Source: Balanoglossus misakiensis | Taxonomy: Eukaryota > Animalia > Hemichordata | Assembly (NCBI GenBank): GCA_040954595.2 | Contig: CM082583.2 | Location: 1,312,925 to 1,376,924, forward strand | Direction of reading: 5' to 3' | DNA length: 64,000 nucleotides | Shown: piece after piece, positions 1-11,100 of the stretch | Layout: each line of letters begins with the position of its first letter | Numbering within the stretch: the first letter of the stretch is position 1 | Position numbers and translations under genes: made by a program | The notes under the pieces: model-generated | What the model saw: the letters and a program-made list of their open reading frames with translations, nothing else | What the model was told of the DNA's origin: nothing | Databases searched by the model: none

Positions 1-70
1 CATGTAAATTAGGTACCCTGAAATCAGACTGAGTAGTATTAATAGCAAGGCATCTATAATCGCAGCCGCA

Positions 71-3000
71 GTGAAACGGGCGGAACTGATGACTCGTATG
101 GCAGGTTTGGAGGAAAAACAGAAATTAGACGAATTGGAATTCAAAATAAACGAAGAACAATCCAAAATAAACAAACAAAAACAATTGTTGGAAATCAAAA
201 CAGAAATTGCTGAACAGAATGCAATAATCGATGTGTATCGTCATTTTGAAAATGGTGAAGATGAAAGTAGTTTACAAGAATACAACCTACAAGATCTCTT
301 TAAGACACCCGCTGCATTTCGGGGCAACATCAAGACGAAGAGTTCAAGTGCTAGCAACTTGGGTAGTTTCCACACATGTGATAGTCCCAACGTTACTAAG
401 TCTGATAGTCCTGTCGACAGCATTGTATGCAGTCCAGAAAAAAAGAAAACCCGATGTAAACAAGCAGACGAAATTCAGTCCTGACCTTGGTTCGTGTACA
501 GGTAGCAATAGCAGCCACAGTTCCTGTAGTGATCATAACCTAGCCACAGTTACTAAACTGTTGTTTGAGCATAACAAGCGTGCCGCTTTACCGCCGCAAT
601 CGATACCCGTGTTCGATGGGGACCCATTGCAGTATAAATCATTTATACGTGCCTTTCGGCATGGCATAGAATCTAACACTGAAGATCCTGATGATCGTTT
701 GTATTACTTGGAGCAGTATACACGTGGTGAACCGAGAGAAATAGTGAGCAGTTGCATTCACATGGAAGCGAATGAAGGATACGAAAGAGCCAGAAAATTG
801 CTTGAAACTGAGTTCGGCAATCCATACGTGACGGCCAGAGCCTACACCAAGCAAGCAGAAGATTGGCCGGAATTGAAATCCGAGGATAAGACCGCTTTGA
901 AAGATTTCGCTCTTTTCTTGACCAAGTGTGAAAATGCTATGAAAGGTGAATCACATCTGAGAGAGCTCAACCACTACAAAAACTTGCAAATGTTGGTTTA
1001 CAAACTGCCTTTCAAGTTGAGAGACCGGTGGCGCAGCAGAACATACAGTATCGTACAACAACGATCAGTGCAGTTCAAAGATCTTGTGGAATTTGTCAAC
1101 AGGGAAGCCAAGATAATGTCCCAAGAGGTGTTTGGTAACCTCGCCGGCATTCCATCCAAGGACAAGGGAGCAAAGAACATCAAGAAAGCAACTAGTGGTA
1201 CACAAAGACGCAACGCCTACACAGTCAGCACAGAGACTGTTACTCCGTGTTTGTGTTGTGCAGACAGTACACATGAATTTCAAGACTGTCAAGTGTTTGC
1301 CTCCAAGGCTTACGATGACAAGAAACGGCTCATAAAAACGAAAGGGTTATGTTTTGGTTGCCTGAAAGATGGAAAACATATGGTGAAAGACTGTACAAGC
1401 AAGCTGACTTGTGAAAAATGTGGCAAGCTGCATCCGACCGTGTTGCACTTCAACAAAACCAAAGACCAGTCTGGAAAACCCGTGTTAACGAATGTGGGGA
1501 TGATTGACGCATCATGTAGATCTGCGGGGAATGGAGAGTGTGCATATAAACCCGTGATTATTCCCGTCAAGGTCAAATGTAGATCGAGTGGTCTTAGTGT
1601 ACAAACGTACGCCTTTATTGACAACGGCAGTGACACAGTATTCTGTACGGAAACACTTCGTCGACAACTGAACGTCGGTGGTAAGAAAACAAAGATTATG
1701 CTGAACACTATCACTGGAAGTAAATCAGCTGATAGTCGTGTTATCAAGGGTCTAGAAGTTTCAGATCTTGATGAGCATTACATCATCAAACTTCCAGCTA
1801 CATATACGCAAGAGAAAATTCCTGCTTCGAAAGATCTCATCGTTACACAAGATGACATTGGCAAGTATCCTTATTTGCGTAAGGTACGCCTGCCTGAGAT
1901 AGATGCGGAAATAGGCCTACTCATCGGTGGTAACGTTCCTGAAGCGTTTGAACCATGGGAAGTGATAAACAGTAATGGAGATGGACCATTTGCCGTACGT
2001 ACCCGTTTAGGCTGGTTCGTAAATGGTTTCCTTACGGGGGCTGGCGTGTCAGAAAATGAAACTGCCGCAACAGTCTGTGGAATACAATTTGGACCGGCGA
2101 TTGATCAGCAGTTAATCAACCTCTTCAATCACGAGTTCAGCGAGCGCATCATAAATGACAAACCCGAAGATTCAGTTGAAGATAGAAAGTTCATGAGGAT
2201 TGCGTACGAACAAACGCAGTTTGTTGATGGTCATTACCAGGTGCCATTACCGTTTCGTGATGACGGTGTTACGATGCCAAACAACAAAGTGGCAGTAGAA
2301 TATCAGCTTTCTCAGTTGGGAAAGAAATTTAGAAACAACGATGACTATCGTCAAGAATATACTACCTTCATGGAAAGTATTATAGACAAAGGCTATGCTG
2401 AAAGGGTGCCACAGGAAGAATTGGAAGGCAATCCTGGAAAGAAATGGTATCTTCCCCATCATGGAGTATACCATCCACAGAAACAGAAAATCCGGGTAGT
2501 CTTCGACTGTGGTGCAGAATACAAGGGAACTTCTTTGAACAAGGAATTAATGCAAGGACCGGATCTGACCAGTTCACTTGTAGGAGTGCTTATACGTTTT
2601 CGTGAAGAGCGGATAGCACTGATGTCAGATATAGAGGCTATGTTCTCTCAAGTTGGCGTGTCGCAAGAAAACCGAGATTTCCAGCGTTTTCTGTGGTGGC
2701 CTAATGGTAATGTAGAGGAACCTCCTGTCGAGTACCGAATGACAGTGCACATCTTCGGGGCTACATCGTCACCCAGTTGTGCAAACTTCGCGTTGAAGAA
2801 AGCTTCAGACAATACTTCTGATCTGAGTGTCAAGAACACCATATCTAGAAACTTCTACGTTGATGACATGTTGAAGGCAGCATCAACAGTGATGGAAGGA
2901 AAGTCTTTGGCTGAAGGGCTGACAGACACCTGTAAGAAATCAGGGTTCAAGCTCACAAAGTGGATCAGCAATACGCGTCCAGTTTTGGAAGCAATACCTG

Positions 3001-4515
3001 AAGAACGAAGGGCGATAGAGGTGAAGAACTTAGACTTGGAGCGAGATGACTTGCCAATGGAGCATGCACTCGGTATGCAATGGAACGTGGAATCTGACGA
3101 ATTCGGATTCAGAAATCGTACTAAAGAGAAACCAGCGACCAGACGAGGAATTCTGGGAGTGGTTAGTTCATTATACGACCCACTGGGCATGGCAGCACCA
3201 GCGCTTCTGCCACCCAAGATGCTTTTGCAGCAGCTGTGTAAAGCAAAACTAGGCTGGGATGATGATATTCCTGGAAAACAACGCAAAGTGTGGGAGAATT
3301 GGTTGAGGGATCTACCGAAATTAGAAGAGTGTTTCCCAGTACCCAGATGTATAAAGCCCGAGCACTTTGGTGAAGAAGACACAGCTCAGCTACATCACAT
3401 TGCTGATGCCAGCGAAAATGGATATGGCGCTGTATCATATCTTAGGTTGATCGACAAAAGCGGAAACATCCACAGCACTTTGATGATGGCCAAAGCAAGA
3501 GTGGCTCCATTGAAGCAAATATCGATCCCACGAATGGAATTAACTGCAGCTACTGTAGCAGTGAGGCTTGACAAACTTCTCAGAAAGGAGATGGATTTGC
3601 CAATCAATGAATCCGTGTTTTGGACGGATAGCAAAACCGTGCTGCGGTACATAAACAACGAAACCACAAGATTTCATACCTTCGTGGCGAATAGACTAGC
3701 AGTGATTCGAGGAGGATCAGACCCAGCGAACTGGCGCTACATTAATACCAGTGACAACCCGGCAGATGAGTGCTCTAGAGGTCAGAAAATAGATGCTTTT
3801 CTGAAGAACGAAAGATGGATAGGTGGTCCTGATTTCTTGCGGAAGACACAAGACAAATGGCCAAGTGATAGCTACAATACACAGCTAGATCCAGAAGATC
3901 CAGAGGTGAAGAAATCTGCACTAGTGCATAGAATAGCCTTGAGGTCGGAAGAAGAAACTGTACCCGTGTGTTGGGAACAGTACCTGTTGTTTCGGGAGAA
4001 CGACAGACGCCTGACAAAGGGGCGGATCGATCCATGTCCGTTAATGCGGAGGAGACGGTTCAGAAAATGATAGACCACTACTCCAGTTGGTATAAACTGA
4101 AGAAAGCAGTGGCCTGGATACGTAAAGTGGGTGACACATTGTTGAGATGTGCCAAGAACAGAAGTCGTCGTACAGATGGACCGCATGAGATTACAGTATC
4201 GTCGGACGACGCTAGAGACTTAAAAGCATTGACACCCAGTATGTTGCTTACTATGAAGGGAGTAGCAACACCCCCTGGTGTGACGGAGAAGAACGACTTG
4301 TATGCTGTACACAGATGGAAGCAAGTGCAGTATCTGTCAGATTTGTATTGGAAAAGGAGGAGAACACCTCCAGAAATGCGTGGCCTTTGGGTGTAATCGT
4401 CAAAGTTATGCCTGATCGGAAAGGGGTGGTGAGACGAGTATTGGTGAAGACCAGATCCAGTGTTTTAGAAAGACCATATGATAAGTTGTGCACATTGTTG
4501 GAAGCACAGACTTAG
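71..4515 (+). pseudogene. BEL/Pao gag-pol, frameshifted, integrase core deleted
   Basis: DUF1759-like IPVFDGDPLQYKSF, Cys/His knuckles (CFGCLKDGKH, CEKCGKLH), protease FIDNGSD, RT FYVDDML, RNase H-like HHIADASENGYG and KARVAPLK, C-terminal WPLGVIVKVMPDRKGVVR. Frame breaks near 440, 3960 and 4360; no HHCC or D,D35E integrase region. Confidence 0.9.
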
Positions 4516-4883
4516 TGGTATTGGTATGGTTGCAGTTACCAGCAGCTGTAATAACAACGATCTCAAGTAGTGGCCAGTCTATCCACTACGTCCAGCGTTT
4601 GATCTTATCTTTGAAGTACAGATGTGTTGGATATCATGCTTGGCAGCATGATTGACCGGACGAGGTCTGGGCATGGTCTAGGATGTATCATCACATTCAT
4701 GAAGAAAAGGATTCTTGTATTCGCGTTTCCTGAAAAACTTTCGACTTCGCGTTTCGAGATATTTATAGATATTGTTTTGTAATTTCTATTTGATATGTAA
4801 TTTCGGCACATATGGATGTTGGCGTTTTGAATTTGCTAGGATGGAAATTGTTAATGTTTTTTGATGAACAATTTGGGGGCTGG

Positions 4884-5270
4884 TGTAAGGACGCCCAGTT
4901 CTTAGAGAAACTGAAATATTTAGTCTAGCGCCCTCGAGCTGTGAGTACATTAGCGCATGCGCTTTTGTTTAGAAAATATCTGGAAAATTCCATGGCGCAC
5001 ATGTGAGGACTTTTGCACAGTTAGCCTGGGGATTTTTGCCAGTTTTCTACGGAAACTTCAACCACCGCGACGCATCATCCAGTGCCAGTGTTGTGTGTTC
5101 AGTCATTAAATGTTCGTGTAAAGTTCCGAGCAGCGTTTTCTGTGACATCTGACAAGGAATGTTCGTCGGCGATGGTGAGCTCCAGTTAGTTAACGGCAAA
5201 TACTATAGAACCCTGTGGCCTTTGATGTGAATTAGGGCGCCATTTGAGACGGCACATCGAGGTTACTACA
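4884..5270 (+). repeat. 3' LTR of element A (387 bp)
   Basis: Starts TGTA right after the purine tract, ends TACA at the satellite junction; ATTAAA at ~5105. Partner LTR not in window. Confidence 0.75.
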
Positions 5271-6319
5271 CTGGTAACGTTGAACAAGTCGATTTTTCTA
5301 GGGCCTGGCTTGGCTAAATCTCCGTCACAATATGACAGACACTAGCGTACGTTAGCAACGGTGATCAAGTCAGATTTTCTACGGCATGGCTTGGATAAAG
5401 CCCCGGCACTCTAGAGCAGAAACACGCGTACAGAGACCACGTTGATCAAGTCTGATCTCCTACGGCTTGGCTCGACTGAAACCCCGGCACACTATGACAG
5501 ACACTAGCGTTCGTTAGCAACGTTGATCAAGTCAGATTTCCTACGGCATGGCTTGGCTAAAGCCCTGGCACTCTAGAGCAGAAACACGCGTACAGAGACC
5601 ACGTTGATCTACTCACATTTCCTTCGGCCTGGCACGGCTGATGCCCCAGCACTATATATAGGACACAGACTGGCGTAAGTTAACAACGGTAATCACGTCG
5701 GGTTTCCTACGGCCTGGCTCAGCTGAAGCCCCGGCACTCTAGAGCAGAAACAGGCGTACATTGACCACGTTGATCAAGTCAGATTTCCTACGGCGTGACT
5801 CGGCTGGTGCACCGGCTCTATATGACACAGACTGGCGTAAGTTATCAACGGTGATTACGTCGGATTTCCTACGGCCTGGTTTAGCTTAAGCCCTGGCACT
5901 TTAGAGCGGAAACACGCGTACATTGACCACGATGATCAAGTCAGATCTCCTACGGCCTGGCTCGACTAAAACCCCGGCACACCATGACAGACACTAGCGT
6001 TCGTTAGCAACGGTGATCAAGTCGGATTTCCTTCGGCCTGGCTCTGCAAAAGACCTGACACTCTAGTACAAAGACGTTGGCTAAGTCGGGCGAACCGAAG
6101 AGGGAAAGTCACAGCGGGTCAACACTCGACATTTGTTCGGGTAGGACTGCATTATTGCCTGTCAATTTATAGAGAAAGCTCGAATTTAACCAGGGCGTTT
6201 CAAACACCGACGTTAGTTGGGGGCACGGCCTGCAGTACTGCCGGGTAAGCTGACATCGGCGTACCACATGTAATGTAGGGGGGGGGGGAAACAGAACGGT
6301 TCAATACTACATTTATCAG

Positions 6320-7210
6320 ATATCAGCTAATTTTGGACAATCATCTTAAATATATCTAAATCATTTTTTCATATTTGGATATCTGATGATGTATGAAATT
6401 TCTATTATATGTACAAATGGTGCTGATTATAAAAAATGCACTCTGAATGAGCTGATTTAATACAAAATTGCGTTTTATTCGTTTTTGCACCAAAAAGGTC
6501 ATTTTTAGGCAAAACATTCTTTATTTTTTTTAATTCGGTGACCTGATCATATATAAACAATTGCTTGTATGTTAAAAGTTTTTATGACTTTTAAAAGCAA
6601 TGACACTGGCGGCATTCAACACGAAAATAACAATTTTAGCCACAATTTGGTCAAAATGGTAAATTTTTGAAAATTACAAAAAATACCTGTTTTCTACATT
6701 TTCGGAAATCTGATGGAGTATAGAATGCTCTTCGTATGTATATATCGATACAAATTCCACAAAATACAGTCTAATTTGGCTCACTGCAGACGAAATTGCG
6801 TTTTACCAAATTTTCCTTGAAAATGTCATTTTTAGAAAAAAAATAAAAAAATCTTTGTTCTTCGAATTTGGTGCCCTGATCATACATGACATGTTGATTG
6901 TATGTTAAAACTTTCGACCACTCCAAAAATGCGGAGATATTGACGGAATTCAAGAAAAAAATAGCCATTTTGGCCATATTTTGACAAAAATGGTAAATTT
7001 TAGAAAAATCTTAAACAATTAACTCTTTTCTTCATTTTCGGAAATATTATGAAGCATGAAGTGTCGTTCTCTTGTAAAAATTGCTGCCAATTCCAGAAAA
7101 GGCAGTATAATTTGAATCACCCAAGACAAAATTACCATTTCCGACTTTTTTCGAAAAATTGTCTTTTTTACAAAATAAATAAGAATAAATTCTTTTCTTA
7201 GTTTCAAACG
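6320..7210. repeat. AT-rich block of a representative unit: ~2.7 degenerate ~333-bp subrepeats
   Basis: CCTGATCAT at 6542/6875; AAAATGGTAAATTT at ~6653/~6987; GGATATCTGATG, GGAAATCTGATG, GGAAATATTATG at ~6378/~6704/~7040; AAATTGCGTTTT and AAATTACCATTT at ~6465/~6793/~7129. Confidence 0.8.
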
Positions 7211-7256
7211 GGTAGAGATACTTTCCACACGGGTTTTCTAAAATTGAATTCTCGTT

Positions 7257-8130
7257 CATCAACTCAGATTTCCTACAGCATAAGTCGGCTAAAACCCTGA
7301 CACTCTAGAGCAGAAACAGTTGCACACTGGTAACGTTCAAGAAGTCGATTTTTCTACGGCCTGGCTCGGCTAAATCTCCGTCACAATATGACAGACACTA
7401 GCGTACGTTAGCAACGGTGATCAAGTCAGATTTTCTACGGCATGGCTTGGATAAAGCCCCGGCACTCTAGAGCAGAAACACGCGTACAGAGACCACGTTG
7501 ATCAAGTCTGATCTCCTACGGCTTGGCTCGACTAAAACACAGGCTTACTATGACAGACACTAGCGTTCGTTAGCAACGTTGATCAAGTCAGATTTCCTAC
7601 GGCATGGCTTGGCTAAAGCCCTGGCACTCTAGAGCAGAAACATGCGTACAGAGACCACGTTGATCTACTCACATTTCCTTCGGCCTGGCACGGCTGATGC
7701 CCCGGCACTATATATAGGACACAGACTGGCGTAAGTTAACAACGGTAATCACGTCGGGTTTCCTACGGCCTGGCTCAGCTGAAGCCCCGGCACTCTAGAG
7801 CAGAAACAGGCGTACATTGACCACGTTGATCAAGTCAGATTTCCTACGGCGTGACTCGGCTGGTGCACCGGCTCTATATGACACTGACTGGCGTAAGTTA
7901 TCAACGGTGATTACGTCGGATTTCCTACGGCCTGGTTTAGCTGAAGCCCCGGCACTTTAGAGCGGAAACACGCGTACATTGACCACGATGATCAAGTCAG
8001 ATCTCCTACGGCCTGGCTCGACTAAAACCCCGGCACACCATGACAGACACTAGCGTTCGTTAGCAACGGTGATCAAGTCGGATTTCCTTCGGCCTGGCTC
8101 TGCAAAAGACCCGACACTCTAGTACAAAGA
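7257..8130. repeat. GC-rich block of a representative unit: ~11 x 81-bp monomers in A/B alternation
   Basis: In the first unit TGATC-type landmarks fall at 5362, 5443, 5524, 5605, 5690, 5771, 5852, 5933, 6014 (spacing 81, once 85). A monomers carry CTCTAGAGCAGAAAC; B monomers carry ATGACAGACACTAGC or GACACAGACTGGC. Confidence 0.93.
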
Positions 8131-11100
8131 CGTTGGCTAAGTCGGGCAAACCGAAAAGGGAAAGTCACAGCGGTTCAACACTTGACATTTGTTCGGGTAG
8201 GACCGCATTATTGCCTGTAAATTTATAGAGAAAGCCCGAATTTAACCAGGGCGTTTCAAACACTGACGTTAGTTGGGGGCACAGCCTGCAGTACTGCCGG
8301 GTAAGCTGACATCGGCGTACCGCATATAATGTAGGGGGGGGGGGAAACAGAACGGTTCAATACTACATTTATTAGATATCAGCTAATTTTGGACAATCAT
8401 CTAAAATCTAAATCATTTTTTCATATTTGGATATCTGATGATGTATGAAATTTCCATCATATGTAAAAATGGTGCTGATTATAAAAAATGCACTCTGAAT
8501 GAGCTGATTTAATACAAAATTGCGTTTTATTCGTTTTTGCACCAAAAAGGTCATTTTTAGGCAAAACATTCTTTATTTTTTTTAATTCGGTGACCTGATC
8601 ATATATAAACAATTGCTTGTATGTTAAAAGTTTTTATGACTTTTAAAAGCAGTGACACTGGCGGCATTCAACACGAAAATAACCATTTTAGCCACAATTT
8701 GGTCAAAATGGTAAATTTTTGAAAATTACAAAAAATACCTGTTTTCTACATTTTCGGAAATCTGATGGAGTATAGAATGCTCTTCGTATGTGTATATCGA
8801 TACAAATTCCAAAAAAGACAGTCTAATATGGCTCACTGCAGACAAAATTGCGTTTTACCAAATTTACCTTGAAAATGTCATTTTTAGAAAAAAAAAAAAA
8901 AAAAAAACTTTGTTCTTCGAATTTGGTGCCCTGATCATATATGACATGTTGATTGTATGTTAAAACTTTCGACCACTCCAAAAATGCAGAGATATTGACG
9001 GAATTCAAGAAAAAATAGCCATTTTGGCCATATTTTGACAAAAATGGTAAATTTTAGAAAAATCTTAAACAATTAACTCTTTTCTTCATTTTCGGAAATA
9101 TTATGAAGCATGAAGTGTCGTTCTCTTGTAAAAAGTGCTGCAAATTCCAGGAAAGGCAGTAAAATTTGAATCACCCAAGACAAAATTACCATTTTCGACT
9201 TTTTTCGAAAAATTGTCTTTTTTACAAAATAAATAAGAATAAATTCTTTTCTTAGTTTCAAACGGGTAGAGATACTTTCCACACGGGTTTTCTAACATTG
9301 AATTCCCGTTCATCAACTCAGATTTCCTACAGCATAAGTCGGCTAAAACCCTGACACTCTAGAGCAGAAACAGTTGCACACTGGTAACGTTGAACAAGTC
9401 GATTTTTCTACGGCCTGGCTCGGCTAAATCTCCGTCACAATATGACAGACACTAGCGTACGTTAGCAACTGTGATCAAGTCAGATTTCCTACGGCCTGGT
9501 TTAGCTGAAGCCCCGGCACTTTAGAGCGGAAACACGCGTACATTGACCACGATGATCAAGTCAGATCTCCTACGGCCTGGCTCGACTAAAACCCCGGCAC
9601 ACCATGACAGACACTAGCGTTCGTTAGCAATGTTGATCAAGTCAGATTTCCTACGGCATGGCTTGGCTAAAGCCCTGGCACTCTAGAGCAGAAACACGCC
9701 TACAGAGACCACGTTGATCTACTCACATTTCCTTCGGCCTGGCACGGCTGATGCCCCGGCACTATATATAGGACACAGACTGGCGTAAGTTAACAACGGT
9801 AATCACGTCGGGTTTCCTACGGCCTGGCTCAGCTGAAGCCCCTGCACTCTAGAGCAGAAACAGGCGTACATTGACCACGTTGATCAAGTCAGATTTCCTA
9901 CGGCGTGACTCGGCTGGTGCACCGGCTCTATATGACACAGACTGGCGTAAGTTATCAACGGTGATTACGTCGGATTTCCTACGGCCTGGTTTAGCTGAAG
10001 CCCCGGCACTTTAGAGCGGAAACACGCGTACATTGACCACGATGATCAAGTCAGATCTCCTACGGCCTGGCTCGACTAAAACCCCGGCACACCATGACAG
10101 ACACTAGCGTTCGTTAGCAACGGTGATCAAGTCGGATTTCATTCGGCCTGGCTCTGCAAAAGACCCGACACTCTAGTACAAAGACGTTGGCTAAGTCGAG
10201 CAAACCGAAGAGGGAAAGTCACAGCGGTTCAACACTTGACATTTGTTCGGGTACGACTGCATTATTGCCTGTCAATTTATAGAGAAAGCCCGAATTTAAC
10301 CAGGGCGTTTCAAACACCGACGTTAGTTGGGGGCACGGCCTTCAGTACTGCCGGGTAAGCTGACATCGGCGTACCGCATGTAATGTAGGGGGGGGGGGGG
10401 AACAGAACGGTTCAATACTACATTTATTAGATATCAGCTAATTTTGGACAATCATCTAAAATCTAAATCATTTTTTCATATTTGGATATCTGATGATGTA
10501 TGAAATTTCCATTATATGTAAAAATGGTGCTGATTATAAACAATGCACTGTGAATGAGCTGATTAAATACAAAATTGCGTTTTATTCGTTATTGCACCAA
10601 AAAGGTCATTTTTAGGCAAAACATTCTTTATGTTTTAATTCGGTGACCTGATCATATATAAACATTTGCTTGTATGTTAAAAGTTTTTATGACTTTTAAA
10701 AGCAGTGACACTGGCGGCATTCAACACGAAAATAACCATTTTAGCCACATTTTGGTCAAAAATGGTAAATTTTTGAAAATTACGAAAAATAACTGTTTCC
10801 TACATTTTCGGTAATCTGATGGAGTATAGAATGCCATTCGTATGTATATATCGATACAATTTCCACAAAAGACAGTCTTATTTGGCTCACTGCAGACAAA
10901 ATTGCATGTTATCAAATTTTGCTTGAAAATGTCATTTTTAGAAAAACAATTAAAAAAAGCTTTATTTGTTCTTCGAATTCGGTGCCCTGATTATATATGA
11001 CATGTTGATTGTATGTTAAAAGTTTCGACCACTCCAAAAATGCTGAGATATTGACGGAATTCAAGAAAAAATAGCCATTTTGGCCATATTTTGACAAAAA

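Larger units (their letters stand above)
1..5270 (+). mobile_element. BEL/Pao LTR retrotransposon A, 5' end outside window, internally deleted
   Basis: Gag-pol remnants 71-4515, purine tract GGGGGCTGG 4875-4883, then 3' LTR TGTA...TACA abutting satellite sequence CTGGTAACGTTG at 5271. Confidence 0.92.

Noticed and set aside
5271-6130. CRISPR-like regular repeats
   Set aside because: The whole 81-bp monomer is repeated with no unique spacers, there are no cas genes, and the context is eukaryotic
6070-6300. Tandem snRNA, 5S, tRNA or SL-RNA gene as the basis of the 2-kb unit
   Set aside because: Only short scattered resemblances to U2 (GGCTAA, GATCAAGT, GCAGTAC) in the wrong order; no recognisable RNA gene on either strand
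6362-6405. Hammerhead-like string TTC-ATAT-TTGG-ATAT-CTGATGA-TGTAT-GAAA in every unit
   Set aside because: Helix II has no closing pair (U...U), helix III cannot extend past one pair, and the paralogous ~333-bp subrepeats read CTGATGG and TTATGG. Likely chance; a co-transcriptional cleavage assay would settle it
6771-7262. Recurrent 60-90 aa ORFs in the AT block
   Set aside because: Low complexity, with frames shifting between units as homopolymer lengths change
7257-8130. 81 bp = 27 codons, suggesting a repeat protein with TAG readthrough
   Set aside because: The frames I checked are broken by stops in most monomers, one 85-bp monomer shifts the frame, and there are no splice or start signals
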